A stretch of DNA of 52,194 nt, taken from contig JBHGNT010000210.1 of assembly GCA_043228905.1 (NCBI GenBank), positions 1-52,194 on the forward strand. The letters run 5' to 3'. This DNA is from Azolla caroliniana (taxonomy: Eukaryota; Plantae; Polypodiophyta). Under the pieces are notes generated by a model. That model saw only the letters and a program-made list of their open reading frames with translations. It did not search any database and was not told the DNA's origin. This document shows, piece after piece, positions 25,501 through 38,485 of the stretch (positions within the stretch are counted from its first letter, which is position 1; each line of letters opens with the position of its first letter). A program made the translations under genes and the position numbers.

Positions 25501-25678
25501 TGCTCTCATGCATATGATGCATGTGAGGGTACAAGACATGCATAAATTGCATGTTTGCCATTTGGCGCTTAAGTATTACATGTGGTGCATGCTAACCATG
25601 TCACTCATTTTAGCACTCATGGATGAGAATTTACATGTAAAAGTACAATGATAGAAATATAATTTCAACTAAATACTA

Positions 25679-25740
25679 TGGCTTAATGGTAAGCCATTTG
25701 ACTCTTAACTTGGAGGTGCAAGGTTCGAATCCATACTTGC
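25679..25740 (+). promoter_or_regulatory. tRNA-derived Pol III internal promoter (A box and B box), tRNA-Lys(CTT)-like relic
   Basis: A box TGGCTTAATGG (25679-25689), anticodon-loop-like CTCTTAA (25702-25708), B box GGTTCGAATCC (25722-25732). No intact acceptor stem. Confidence 0.6.
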
Positions 25741-25774
25741 CCTCCTTGTATATGTAAATATGTATATATTTTTT

Positions 25775-25922
25775 GACGCCGGATGCCGACGCCGGATACC
25801 GGTGCCGCCGCCGGATGCCGCCGCCGGATGCCGACGCCGACGCCGCCGTCGCATGCCGCCGCCGGATGCCGACGCCGGATTGCGGTCGGATGCCGTCGGA
25901 TCACCGGCTCCATCGCCGGTCC
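25775..25922. repeat. GC-rich degenerate minisatellite (GCCGGAT/GCCGAC/GCC units)
   Basis: Direct reading, inside the 25275-26298 element. Confidence 0.9.
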
Positions 25923-28049
25923 GGTTTTGGTTGGCCAAAACCCTTTACGAGTAGCTAGCCACCTCCACTCTAAGTTCAAGTTACCTTGAACTCTCTATGC
26001 TCCACACATAGACACAAAGATAATATCTTTTGCTCCACCTTATATATGATGAGAGCCGTATTTGTCGTGCCTATGTGGGATATCTCACAATTTTCTCTTT
26101 TCTTTTCACAAACTTTATACCCTCATATCTTGACATTTAGTTGTCCATTTCTCGTGTAATAAAGTGCATTCGAAACCTCCATCATTTTGTACTTAGATAT
26201 TAAAAATGTTATCTTCACAATTATTGTATTACATGATTCATACTCGATTTTGTACGTTTTATGGGATTTTCACACTATTGCCGAAAATCTTCACGACACC
26301 GTGCCGGCTGTAGACCGCGAAATCGTCAAGGAAGACCTGCATAAAACCGGGGATATATTCCCTGAAAATTTCCATTATTATCCTTTGAAAGGTCGCTGGA
26401 GCCGTCTTTAGTCCGAACATCATCACGACCGCGACGAACACTCCCCATTCCGTAACGAACGCTGTCTTCTCCTGGTCGGCCGGGTTCATTCGTATTTGGT
26501 TGTAGCCGCTAAATCCATCCAGGAAGCTGTAAACTTCGTGGCCGGCTACCGCATCTAACACCCCGTCCGTAAATGGTAGTGGAAATGCATTGGTCACTGT
26601 TGCGGCATTTAGTTTTCGGTAGTCCACGCATACCCGGATTTTGCCGTTCTTTTTCGGGACCACCACTATCGGACTCAGCCAGGTTGCCTGCTTGACCGGT
26701 CGGATAAATCCGACCCGGAGGAGCTTATCAATCTCCTCCTTCACCTTCGCCGCATAATTCGGATTCATCCGGTACCTGCGTTGAGCGATCGGTTTCGTGT
26801 CCGTACTTAGGTGAATTTGGTGCTGATAGAGCTGGGGGTCCAGCCCTCGCATGTCTTCGTACGACCACGCGAACACATCCTTGAAGTCTGTTAATAATGC
26901 TATCATTGCCTTCTTTTCTTCCTTCGGCAATTCCTTTGCGACATTTACCGGTCGGGGCTTGTTTGTTGTGCCGAGGTCCACCTCCTCTAGTTGGGATGCT
27001 TTTACCCTCTGGGATATCGTCATTTCCCTCTCTAGGGATTCCTGCGCTTGTCGCAATTCCCGGATCGCCGCTTGGTCCGGTTCGTCCGGCGTCGTGGTGT
27101 ACGGTTCTATTGCCGCCGTGATATCCACCTCAAATAGTGGGACGATTCGTGGGTGTTCCTCAAGGTACCGCTCGACTTCTTCGTCCGGTAATCCCTCCAA
27201 CATGTTGATGCTTTCCGCATACAATGGAGTTGCTTCCTTACTGGCGATCACCCGTGGTTGCGTCGTTACTCGTACCTTTGTTTTCCCTCGCCGGAATGTG
27301 ATAATGTTCTTTTGCCAGTTCTGCTTGATATGCGCCGTTCGCAGCCATGGTCGTCCTAGCAGTAGGGGGTACGCGCCTTGTACATTCAGCTGCAGCACCA
27401 CGACCGATATCCGGAATACGTGGCCTCCGATCGTTACTTCCAAATCCCAGATAAGCCCGGTCGGTCGGACTGAGCTGGTATCCGCCATGCGTAACCAGAA
27501 GGGGCATGGTTCCCATTCCCAGATGCCCAAGTTATCGCATGTCTGTCGGCTGATGACATTTACCCCGGAGCCTCCGTCAATAGTCGTTCCAGCAATTTCC
27601 TTTCCTTTCACGATTGTCGTGATCGTCGGGCTACTTGTATCGACCACCGCTGGTCCTTCCTCCGGGTTGGAGAAGAATGTCGGTGCTGGCGTTGGCTTCG
27701 GTTTGCTCACGGATGCCTGTAAGTCTGCGGTAAACCGTGGCACCAACTATAGTAGCCGTGCTAACGGCAGCACGATTTGACAGTCCTATAGCGCTTGCCA
27801 CGTCGGGTTTTCTCCTGGCTGTATGATTTCTTCGTCTTTTGGCATATTTTGGTCTCTTACTTCTACCGCATTCTGTTCATTGGCCTCCTTGATCCATTGC
27901 GCCGCTTGTTTTCTGATTGCCTCCTGGGCTTCCCACTCTGCGGTCTTTCCCTTTGACCGGGTTGTGACCTGTTATACTTTTGTTATTTCGGCTGTAACCA
28001 TGTTGACTGTCGGCTGCTTGTCATTGGTTTTGCTTGGGCATTGGTTACT

Positions 28050-29745
28050 TTAATGGCCCTCCTTACGACAGTAATAACAGTACACCTTGTGACTGTTGCT
28101 CGTTTCTCCTTTGTCCCCGGTTTGGAGGGTGGGTATACTTCGGCGGTCGTCTTCGGTTGTTTGGTTATCCGGTACCGATACCGGGTTGTCATTCCTTGCT
28201 GCCTCCCGACGTTCCTCTCTTCGGAAAAATCCACGCTTCTGATTCCGTCGGAAATTTCGGTTCCCTTGTCGCCTCTCTTCTCTGCGTCGTTCGTATTCCG
28301 GGGATTCGTCTCGGTCGTACGGGTCCCGGGGGTAGCTATCTCTGCGTTTCTCCTCTCGGTCATAGTTATCACGTCTTCTATCAGCGTATCTGTTACCGCG
28401 TTCGCGTTGGTAGCGGTCGTCTCTCCGGAATCGATCTTCATCCGGGTTCTGATTGCGCGGTTCTATGTGTCGAACCACTGCTGCCTGCCGATTTAACAGG
28501 TTATATTCGCATCGGTCCGTTGTATGGGCTCGAGAGTTGCAGATCATACATTGTGTCCGCAGGGTGCAGTCTACCGTTGAGTGGCCCGAGTTTAGGCATG
28601 TTGTGCATTGTAAGGCCTGTCGGAACCTCAGGTCTTCCTCCTTCGGGAGTGCCCGGTGTAACATCCCCATCGACAAGAAGGAGCTAGTCTTGTCCATTTC
28701 TAAGACCCGATCAATAACTTGGTCCATTGTGCTGGTGCGGAATTCAAGGACTCCGCACATTGTTCGAAGTGGCTCTTTCAGCGCGGCCAAAAAGACTGCT
28801 TTGGCTTCGTCTTCGGGTGGTGCTCTCGTCAGTTGGCTGTGTAGGGTCTGAAACCGAATGATGAATTGTGGCACAGTCTCGTTCTCTTCCTGCCGGGTAG
28901 TGTAGAACTGCCCGACCAATTCCCTTTGCTCAACTTGTCTGTGAAAAAGCCTGAGGAATTTGGCCTTCAAGGCATCGAATGTGGCAAAGCTGCCCGGTAA
29001 GTGCTTTGCGTGCCATCGGGCCACCGGTCCTTCTAAGGTCATGCCGAATTCGGCGACTTTGGATCGTTCGGCTTCGGGCTCCGTCAGTCTTTGGGAGACA
29101 TGGTTGGCTTCCCATGTTTGGAGGAATGCGTACACGTGTGCCTCCGCATCGGGCTCATCCCAGTACTTTGGGTATGGGTACGGCATCGTGTCGTCCAACT
29201 GACTCTCCTGCTTTCTCCGCTCTCTGTCCGCTGTTGGCGTTGGTGTGAGAACCTTTGGTTCCTCCGCGGTTGGTGCCGGTATCCGTTACTTCAGTTCCTC
29301 CGCGGGTGTTGCCGGTGTCCGGTCCTTTGGTTCCTCCGCGGGTGTTGTCGGTATCTGCTCCTTCGGTGCCTTCGCGGGTGTTGTCGGTATCCGCTCCTTC
29401 AGTTCCTTCGCGGGTGTTGTTGGTATCCGGTCAGCCTCCCTCAGCGATTGCCGGTCACCGAACTCCAAGGTTATTTCTTCATCTGGCTCCGGTGTTACTG
29501 AGTCTTCCGACCCCTCTTCCCCCAGGTCGTTTGGTGTGTCGTGACTGCTTTTATACCGGGATGCAACGCTTCCGTCGCTTTCCGACTCCGCCTCAAGTGT
29601 TGCGAATGCTTCGGAGTCCCCGTCGCCCCCGGCGAGCGTTTGTAGTATCGTTTCCGCCTCTTGCAGGCTTGTTATGCTACTGCCTTCGTCGGGGACTTGC
29701 AGAACCCGGAACTGCAGTGCTTCTTCTGCGACAATACTTGACCAC
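28050..29745 (-). pseudogene. gag: Gypsy gag (5'-truncated) with N-terminal tandem peptide repeats and zinc knuckles
   Basis: Retrotransposon gag-like LEGPVARW..F.ALKAKF..F, Q.ENETV..F; CTTCLNSGH..C, CMICNSRAH..C, CYYCRKEGH. About 39-nt repeats encoding EEPK/RIPTTPA at about 29257-29430. Confidence 0.9.
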
Positions 29746-29749
29746 TCAT

Positions 29750-32749
29750 AAATGAGCCTACTGCACTAACTCCCAAAATTATTCCTTACGAGGAATATCT
29801 TCCCAACGGCCTTACGGTTTACGCATTGATACGAGCATGTTATGCGTACCGATTTACGCACCCAGTCTACGCACTGGGTTATGCATCGTATTACGCATGA
29901 ATGTTGAGCTTGTCATTCAACACTCCCCCTCAAGCTCAACTTGAGGTTCCACCTGCTCCACCGGATCTACGCTCCGGTTCCGTCTGGCTTCACGCCTCGC
30001 TTGCGCTCCTCGACCTGTTCGATTCCGCGCGCCTCGACCCTTCCGGTCGGCTTGTCTACATACACGGCCATTCTAAGCTTCTTTGCTGTTGCGGTGTTGG
30101 CGCCTCTTCTGCTGCCTTCTCTTCCGCTTGGCCCTTGGTTGATTCAGCGTATCTGAATGAAACATCCGAACCGACTCGGCTTCCTCCGATCGGTTCTCGC
30201 TCTCGTCCGAGTTTGCTATCTCCAACTCGTCTTCGGTCTTCTCGCCCTTGATGGCTTCGTCTCCCCCACGCTTGGTTGGCTTCGGCTCTTTCTTTCGACT
30301 GCTCCCCTTATGTCCGCTTTCGGACTCTTCCGTGGATCTGCCCTCGGCTTCTTCAGCTGATCCGAAATCGAAATCGTTATCCGACTCGGCGTCACGGTCT
30401 GTTCCGCTCCTTTCTTGCTCCCTTCCATGGTCATCATGGACGTATCTCCCCTTCAAGTTTGGCACGTCGAGGTGACGCAACCAAGCGCACCCGAGAATTG
30501 CCCGTTGCAACTTGTCCAGACCAAGAGGCTAGGTGAAGATGTCGGCGTTTTGCCAATTCGTCGGAACATACTGAAGTTCGACTTCACCGGAGAGGACACG
30601 CTCATGGACGAAATGGTAGTGCACCTCAATGTGCTTAGTTCGGGCGTGGAAGACGGGGTTCTTAGCTAGCTGGATGTTGTTGAGGTTGTTGCAGTAGATT
30701 GTCGTTGGATCAGATACCTCCACCTGTATATCCTTAAGTAGCCGCTTCAACCATATGGCTTCGCATGTCGCGACAACCGCTCCTCTATACTCGGCTTAAG
30801 TGCTTGACAACACAACTGTTGGCTGCTTCTTGCTACTCCATGCGATCGCGGCACTCCCAAGGGAGAACACGAAACTGGTCGTGGATCGGCGATCGCCGGT
30901 GTGTCCGGCCCAATCAGCATCGGTGTAACCAACCAACTGCACGGCAGTATCGGTCCGATATAGTAACATCGGTCCTTAGTGCCATTGACATACCAAAGTA
31001 CGCGTTGTGCGCACTGAAGGTGCTCCTCGGTCGGTCACGCCATGAACTTACTAATCACCCCGACCTGGTAGCTGAGATCTAGTCTGGTGATGGTCAAGTA
31101 TATAAGGCTTCCGACTATCTGTCGGAACTTTGTCGGGTCGCATACCTTTCCGAAATCGAGGCGAAGCTTGACAGTTCTATCCAGAGGGGTTGTGATGGAC
31201 TTACAATCGGCCATCCCGAATTTGAAGAGCATACTCAGCACGTAATGCCGTTGGTTGATTAGTATGCCTTCGGAGGTGCGGATCACTTCGATCCCGAGGA
31301 AGTAATGAAGGTGCCCCAGATCCTTCATGTCGAATGATGCCGCAAGCTGGAGCTTCATGCGGTCAATCTCACCTAGGTCGGCGCCGGTGATGACCAAGTC
31401 ATCAACATAAAGTAAGATGCTAACCGGCCCAAGTCGACATTTCCGGATGAACAGTGAGGAGTCTGATTTTGACGTCGCAAAGCGCAACCGAAGCAATCAT
31501 TGCATGATCTTTGCGTTCTAGGCACGCGGGGCTTGCTTTAGTCCGTAAAGGGACTTCTTCAATCGGCACACCGCCGAAGTGTTCGTTCTGGAATGAAATC
31601 CGCGGGGATGTACCATGTATACCTGTTCCTCAAGCTTACCTTGTAGGAACACATTCTTTACATCCATTTGATGTAAGTGCCACCCCTTTGCCGCAGCTAC
31701 CACGAGCAAAACACGGACGGTCGTCATCTTCGCGATCGGTGCAAACGTCTCATCGTAGCATTTTGCCACTAACCGGGCCTTGTATCGGTTGACCGAGCCG
31801 TCAGTGTTGTACTTGACCTTGTACACCCACCTACATCCGATTGACTTCACACATTTCGGTGCGTCAACCAGGTCCCAGGTTTCATTCTCTGGTAATGCGC
31901 GCATCTCTTCCTCCATTGCGGCGCCCCAATTTGCGTCCTTCGCCGCTTCTGCGTAGCTCTCCGGCTCACGCACTTTTGCTACACGGGTCATCTACGCATA
32001 GTGATGCACCATGTACTCATTGTATCCGAACTGCACAACAGGGTTCTTCTGGCGGGTAGATCGGCGCAATTGCTCATTAGCCGACACGAACTTTGCTCTT
32101 GAAGGCCTGTCATCACTTCCCTTGGAGTCGGACTCGCGTCGATCCGAATCGTGCCTATTTGTACTGAAATGCTACTGAAAACTCTCAAGTGTCGCAAATT
32201 TGGCTTCCTTCCGAAATACAGCTCATGCGTCGACACTTTTTCTCCGATCTGATTTTGAATGTACACCGCGGTTCGTACCGCCTCGGCCCAATAGAACTTG
32301 GGCAAGCTCTTCTCCTGCAACATTTCCTGTGTTGCTTCTACAATTGACCGGTTCTTCCTCTCGGCTACGCCGTTTTGCTCGGGCGTGTATCTACAACTGA
32401 ATTCGCGCCGAATTCCCATCTGTTGCAGATAACTATTGAATTGACCGGAAAAGTACTCTTTTCTGCCATCCGACTGGAAGCACTTGATCTTTCGTCCTGT
32501 TTCCATTTCCACGAACCCTTTGAGGTCCCGGAAACAGTCGAAGACTGCACTCTTCTTCTCGATGAGGTAGATCCACATGTGCCGCGTATAGTCGTCGATG
32601 AAGGAGACAAAGTATCGACTCCCGCCAAGACTAACGTTCTGTGCCGGCCCCCATACATCGGAATGTATCAAGTCGATCTTGTTTCGGCTCCAGTTACGCT
32701 TGTTAGGGAAAGGAAGTCGGTGTTGCTTCCCGTTGGCAGGCTTCACAAA
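29750..32749 (-). mobile_element. Ty1/Copia element (Copia-3): integrase, RT, RNase H, 3' UTR, PPT and first part of the 3' LTR
   Basis: [47 protein letters not shown] at 29923-29934, LTR start at 29922. Cut at 32749 by Copia-4. Confidence 0.92.
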
Positions 32750-33313
32750 TGATGAGAAATATGCGGAATAATCTCCGGCCACAACCGAAGCGTAGATCAC
32801 TTGATGACAATCAAACACAGAAGAAATGGGAATGGAGGTAAGTACACAAACAGAAAGAGAATACACAGGATGTTAACGTGGAAAACCTTGAGAGGGAAAA
32901 ACCACGGGAGTCTACAGACTCCAAACTATCACTATGTCAAGGAGTACAATAGGGAGTACAAAGACAATGAGCTCTTGCTCACAATCTTCACCTGGCGGCG
33001 GTTACAACAGAGACATGCTCTGTATCGCTCTCTCTCTCTCTCTCTTAGTACAGTCGTTACACCAATAACACTATACAAAGATAATAACAACAACTATAAT
33101 AATAATACACACTGTTTGGCCTAGGTCACATTTATACTAATATGACATTAGGACTATTTACAGATATAGCCCCAATGGGCTCTTAGAAACATATCTACAT
33201 ATATGTCCCTTCATCCGGTGAGAGGTTCTCACCGGGCCTGCAACATTCGGTTCTCACCGGGTCTTCTGATGCCGGGCCTTCGTATCCCATCCAGAGGGAC
33301 TGAGATCCTAACA
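32750..33313 (-). repeat. Copia-4 3' LTR
   Basis: TG...CA ends; matches 38489-38630; followed on + by AACTCCCCCTTCAC (PPT complement). Confidence 0.9.
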
Positions 33314-35423
33314 AACTCCCCCTTCACTCCGGCATGGGATGCCTCCTCAATCCAATCCGCTTCCGGCATGCGTCTAGCTTGTCGGGCGTTAGCACCTTGG
33401 TCAACATATCCGACCCGTTCTCCTCCGTGTGGATCTTCGTCAACACGAACTCTCGGTCTTCTACTCGCTCCCGAATCTAGTGGTACCTCCTCTGGATGTG
33501 CTTCGTCCTGGAATGATACGCTGCGTTCTTCGCAAGGTGGATTGCACTTTGACTGTCGCAATAGAGCCGGTATTCCTCTTGCTGGATCCCTAGCTCTTCG
33601 ATGAAGTCCTTCATCCATAGTATTTCCTTGCCGGCTTCCACAACTGCCATGTACTCCGCTTTCGTGGTTGACAACGCAACCGTCTTCTGCAGCCTCGATT
33701 GCCACAAAACAACTCCCCCCGCATATGTCATGACATATTAAGATGTTGACCGGTTGGTATCCGCATGAGCCGACATATCCGAATCGGTGAAACCGTGAAG
33801 TTGGGGTTTATCGGAGCCGAATCGGAGGCACAACTTGAGGTGCCTTTCAAGTATCGGAGTATCCATTTTACTGCATTCCAGTGCTCCTTGCCGAGATTTC
33901 TCATAAACCGGCTCACCACTCCGACTGCATATCTGATATCCGGTCAGGTACACACCATTGCGTACATTAGGCTCCCGACCGCAGAGGCATATGATATCTT
34001 CATCATACCCGCCTTTTCTGCCTTCGTCTTTGGGCTTTGCTTACCGGATAACCTGTAGTTTGCTGGAAGTGTTGACCTGACCAGTTTCACATCTGACATG
34101 TTGAACCGTTGAAGCACTTTTGTCACGTACTTCTCCTGTGACAGCCACAATTGCTTCGTTGGCCAGTCTCGGATGATATGCATCCCCAACATCTGTCTTG
34201 CCGGACCCAAGTCTTTCATTGAGAAGGTCCGGTTCAGGGCCTTCTTCAGCATTCATATCTTGACTTGGTCTCGTCCGACGATCAACATGTCTTCCACGTA
34301 CAAGAGGAGTATCAGGAAGTCTTCACCTTCGAACTTCTTCACAAATACGCAGTGATCGGCCTGCGGCTTGTGGTACCCTTGATCGGTCATGAAAGAGTCG
34401 AACTTCCGGTACCATTGCCGGGGAGCCTGCTTCAACCCGGAGAGGCTCCTTTTTAACTGGCAAACTAGGTGCTCCTTCCCTTTCTTCACAAATCCCTCTA
34501 GTTGCTGCATGTAGATCTCCTCTTCGAGCTCGCCGTGGAGGAACGCCGTCTTCACGTCTAACTGCTCTACCTCGAGGTCCATGCTTGCCGCTATGCTCAG
34601 CATTGTCCAGACGGAAATCATCTTTACTATCGGGGCAAATATCTCGTCGAAGTCCATGCCCTTCTTTTGTTGGAACCCCTTCACCACGATCCTGGCTTTG
34701 TACCTTGGAGGGTTGCCGACATCTCCCGGTTTCAACTTGTACACCCAGTTGTTTTAGAGTGCAGTCTTTCCTTTCGGCAACTCCACCAATTCATACGTGT
34801 GGTTCTCATGCATGGAATCCATCTCGTCCTGCATGGCACTCAACCACTTGCGGCTATGGGTGTCATCCTTCGCTTCTTCGAAGCTTTCCGGCTCCCCCTC
34901 ATCGGTCAGCAGCACATGCTCTGCATCCGGAAATCTCCAGGGGGGCCTTCTCTCTCTGAGAGGATATCTCCATCTTTGGCATTCGGCAACCGGCTCCTCT
35001 ATTTGTTCTTCATTCGAATCCGATTCGGTGTCTTGGCCGGTTCCGGTTTCAACTTCCTCTACTTCTTCTTTTGCCGGTTCGGTATCCTCACCGTAACCGG
35101 CTGGTTCCTCGAGTGTCAACCGGCTCTTAGTCGGGTGGGTCTGAATCTCATCGCAGTTCATTATCTTCTTCTCCGACTCCCAGTGGGCAAGAGTCTTGTC
35201 CTCCATGAAGATAATATCTTGGCTCCGGAAAACCTTCTTGTCAACCGGATTCCACACTCGGTAGCCGAACTCATCATCGCCGTATCCAAGGAATATGCAT
35301 GGCCGGGTCTTTGGATCCAACTTTCCTCTCCGGCCTTAGCAACATGCACGTACGTGAGACACCCGAACACCTTCAAATTCCGGTAGGACACTTCCTTACT
35401 GGTCCACACCTTTTGCGGCGTGT

Positions 35424-35859
35424 TGTTAAATCTTCGGGCCGGACAATGGCCTAACACAGGGTGTCTACGGGAGACACTTCACCAAAGGGGGTTACGGCAA
35501 CCGGATTAGACTTCAACGCTTAATCCTACTTGGTTAAGTTACTTATTATGATCGTCTTTCATAACACACGCGTAAGATATAACAATTAAGACAGAACGGC
35601 AATTAACATAGAAAGATAACAACGCCTAAGCTTTCATTAATTAACTGCTAACTATTACATTGTATCCGGGCCTTTAAATAGGTTTCCGGTCTGTATTACA
35701 AAACGGTGCCATCCGCACCTGTTCAGGATCGGTCCGGATCTGGAACGGCATACCGTTTCCGGTCCGTCCGTCCACACTCATAGCGTAATTACAACCACAT
35801 TCCTACTACTTAATTAGCTCTCCGTTTCCCACTCTGGACTCCTTTGCCGGCCGGTAACA
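35424..35859 (-). mobile_element. Solo LTR (Gypsy-related) in the Copia-4 integrase
   Basis: TGTTA...TAACA ends; TSD CGTGT/TGTGT (one C-to-T change). Removal restores PLDGDT-PQKVW. Confidence 0.92.
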
Positions 35860-37317
35860 TGTGTCTCCATCCAAGGGCACTGAGGATGATCTATTTATCA
35901 CATACGTTGTTGTTGACAACGCCTCAACCCAAAACTTCTTGGGTAGTTTAGCATGTGCTAGCATACTCCGGACCCTCTCCATTACGGTCTGGTTCATCCT
36001 TTCGGCTAGCCCGTTTAGTTCCGGCGTCTTCGGCACGGTAAATTTGAGCCGGATTCCCTTTGAGCGGCAGTACTTCTCAAAGTGCCCTCGGTATTCCCCT
36101 CCGTTATCTGCTCGAACCACCTTCAACTTCCGTCCGATTTCTCTTTCCACTCTTGCGTGGACCTCCTTGAAGAGAGATAACACCTGATCCTTCGTCTTCA
36201 ACGGTGTGGCCCACAGCCTCCTGTTGTGGTCATCTATGAACATCACGAAGTACTGTGCTCCGGCATGGGACTTCGTGTCCACTTGACACACATCGGTATG
36301 CACCAACTCCAATGGTGCATTACGTCTCATCGGTGGCCTTGATTGGAAGGAGGTTCGGTTTTACTTACCGGCTAGGCAGTCGGTGCACCTCTCAAGATGC
36401 ATGTTCTTCACCGGAATGAGGTTGTCATCGGCAAGCCTCTTCATCCCCTTCACACTCATGTGACACAGTCTCTTGTGCCACAGCTCACCGGCAGTGTCGG
36501 AAGCCACGTTCACTTCTTCCGGGCATAACCGGGCATTCATCAGGTACAACGTGTTAACCTTCCGGGCCCGAGCCACTATCAGGCTCCCTTTGCTGAATTT
36601 CATGACTCCGTTGCGGATGCTACCCGTGTAGCCTTCATCATCTAGTCGACTAGCTGATATCAGGTTCAATCGAACCTCCGGAACGTGTCAGACATCCTTC
36701 AGCAGCAGCTTGCATCCGGTTGGTGTTGTCAACCACATGTCTCCTATGCCAACAATTCGGCATGTACCTTCATTCCCCATCTAGACACAGCCGTGATCAC
36801 CGGTTGTGTAAGATGAGAAGCATTTCCGGTCCGGGGTAAGGTGGAACGACGCTCTGGAATCGACAACCCACGCTGTCTTGTCGCCGGCAAGGTTCAACTC
36901 ACTCTCCTCGGTGACGAGCATCAACTCTTCTTCACTTGCCGCGATTGCCGTCGTTCCCTTATGGTCCAGTCCGGTCCGGTCTTTACCATTCCGGTCCAGT
37001 GTCCGCTTTGAATCGGTACCGTCGGTTTCCTTGTCTTTTCGGAAGTGCCGACAGTTCTTCTGGAAGTGTCCCGGCTTGCCACAATAGAAGCAAGTAGGCA
37101 TTTCCCTTGACTTTGACCGTGTCCCCGACTTTTCCCGGTTCTGGGGACTACGGTTCCTTTGTCTTCCGCGTTCCGATTCGGTAAGGAGCGCTTTGGAGTC
37201 GGAGCTCATATCCTTGTCTTTCCGACGTGCCTCCTCATCTAGCAAGCTCTACTTCACTCTTGCTAGGGATAACCGTTTCCCTTCCGGCCCGGCGTTGCCC
37301 AAAGTGACAACCAACGT

Positions 37318-37985
37318 TGTCGCGTTGATACGCGCGTGCGTGTAGAAAGAGGCGGGACCACGGGGGCCTTGAACCGAGGAGAGAGAGAGAGAGAGAGAAG
37401 AGAAGACTTGCAGATACGCAAAGGGAGAAGGAAAAAGAAAGAAACAACACTCTTAATTACAGTATCTGTCGATTACAATATCCAGAGATTGCAAACTCTG
37501 ACGATTACAACCGGCAAGGCGACGATGGTCCTGATACAGGGATCCTACTCACGCACACAGATAGAACACACTCAACTCAAAGAAACAAAAGGGGGAGAGC
37601 CTCTTTTGGAAGCACACGGGCTGTTAATGAAGCAGAGGCGGCGAAATCCCGACACCCACAGAGATCGATGATCAGAGGAAAAGAGAGAGCTCGGCACTCT
37701 GTTTTGCAGCAGCACTTCGTCCTTGCCAATGCGCGATCCCTTTCTTCCTCCTTCTCCCCCTCCTTAAATAGTTCGCAATTCTTCCTTAGTCAAATCGCTT
37801 TATTCCCTGTCCCTTTCGACAGAGATACGCACAATCCCTTGATAAATGTATACTACTTAGTATTTACATTAGCCGACCCATTTATGAATCATGTACAAAA
37901 TATAAATTCACACGTCCATCCATGTAAGAGCCGGTTCATGCGCCTTTTTCTCCGATTCCGCCTATGGTCGGTTTTCTTTATGACA
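37318..37985 (-). mobile_element. Solo LTR with a 4-bp TSD in Copia-4 gag
   Basis: TGTC...GACA ends; ACGT at 37314-37317 and 37986-37989. Removal restores LPDSWETLVVTL. TATA CTATTTAAG on the minus strand. Confidence 0.88.
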
Positions 37986-38473
37986 ACGTCTCCCAGCTAT
38001 CTGGGAGGGAACTGAGCAAGAGTAGTGCTAGTACCTCATCGGCGAGAGGTACTTCCAATGATGATGCCTGGTGGATCAGCCCCTAGAAGGCATTCATGCG
38101 CTCCGCCATGCTGGAGCCATCTTGGTACCGGAGTCTTACTAGCTTCTGAAATACCGAAACCTGATTAACTACATTTTTGTTCTGAAACATAATGCTGATC
38201 TTCTCCCATAGCTCATGAGCCTTGCTCTCTTCATTGAAGTTGTTGTATAGACTCATGTCGATGAAGCACCATATGTACACCGTTGTCTTCATGTGCATCA
38301 CCTCCCATATCGTGGCATCGATTTTGTCCGGTCTCTTGTCCCCGGACTGAACCGGCAACCAAAGATCTTTAACCATGAGCATGTCCCTCATCTTCGACTT
38401 CCACACTGAGTAGTTGGAGCCAGTGAGCTTGAACATGCCTCCCAACGAATCGTCCATTTTTCTGTGTCGTTTT

Positions 38474-38485
38474 GCTCTGATACCA
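38474..38485 (-). other. Primer-binding site, tRNA-iMet (Copia-4)
   Basis: GCTCTGATACCA on + is TGGTATCAGAGC on minus, 3 nt from the LTR. Confidence 0.93.

Larger units (their letters stand above)
25275..26298 (-). mobile_element. 1024-bp solo LTR (or TIR element) with 12-bp terminal inverted repeats, inserted in the Gypsy RT
   Basis: TGTCGTGAAGAT...ATCTTCACGACA; 4-bp duplication CAGT/CCGT. Removing it restores RT VYSRHG-EHLDHL. TATA CTATAAAAG on the minus strand near 25500. Confidence 0.85.
22974..27950 (-). pseudogene. pol: Gypsy pol: protease, RT, RNase H, integrase (frameshifted, interrupted at 25275-26298)
   Basis: IDGGSGVN; RVCVDYRKLN, LDGFSGYNQI, FLDD; YYASRKL..ERNYSTTERE; H-H-C-C zinc finger, KWGLDFVGPF, SDQG, YYPQANGLAE, WTGPF. 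Confidence 0.95.
18803..29745 (-). mobile_element. Ty3/Gypsy non-chromovirus (Athila-like/OTA-type) retrotransposon with a long extra 3' ORF; 5' end lost
   Basis: Minus-strand order gag-PR-RT-RH-INT-extra ORF-LTR. One LTR at 18803-19191. No chromodomain or additional RNase H was recognised. Confidence 0.88.

Noticed and set aside
25679-25745. Functional tRNA-Lys gene
   Set aside because: No acceptor stem and a weak anticodon stem; kept only as a tRNA-derived promoter relic.
21645-29755. Long plus-strand ORFs (e.g. 21645-22379, 26851-27780, 28034-28687) as antisense genes
   Set aside because: They are shadow frames of GC-rich minus-strand gag-pol or extra-ORF sequence and have no recognisable motifs.
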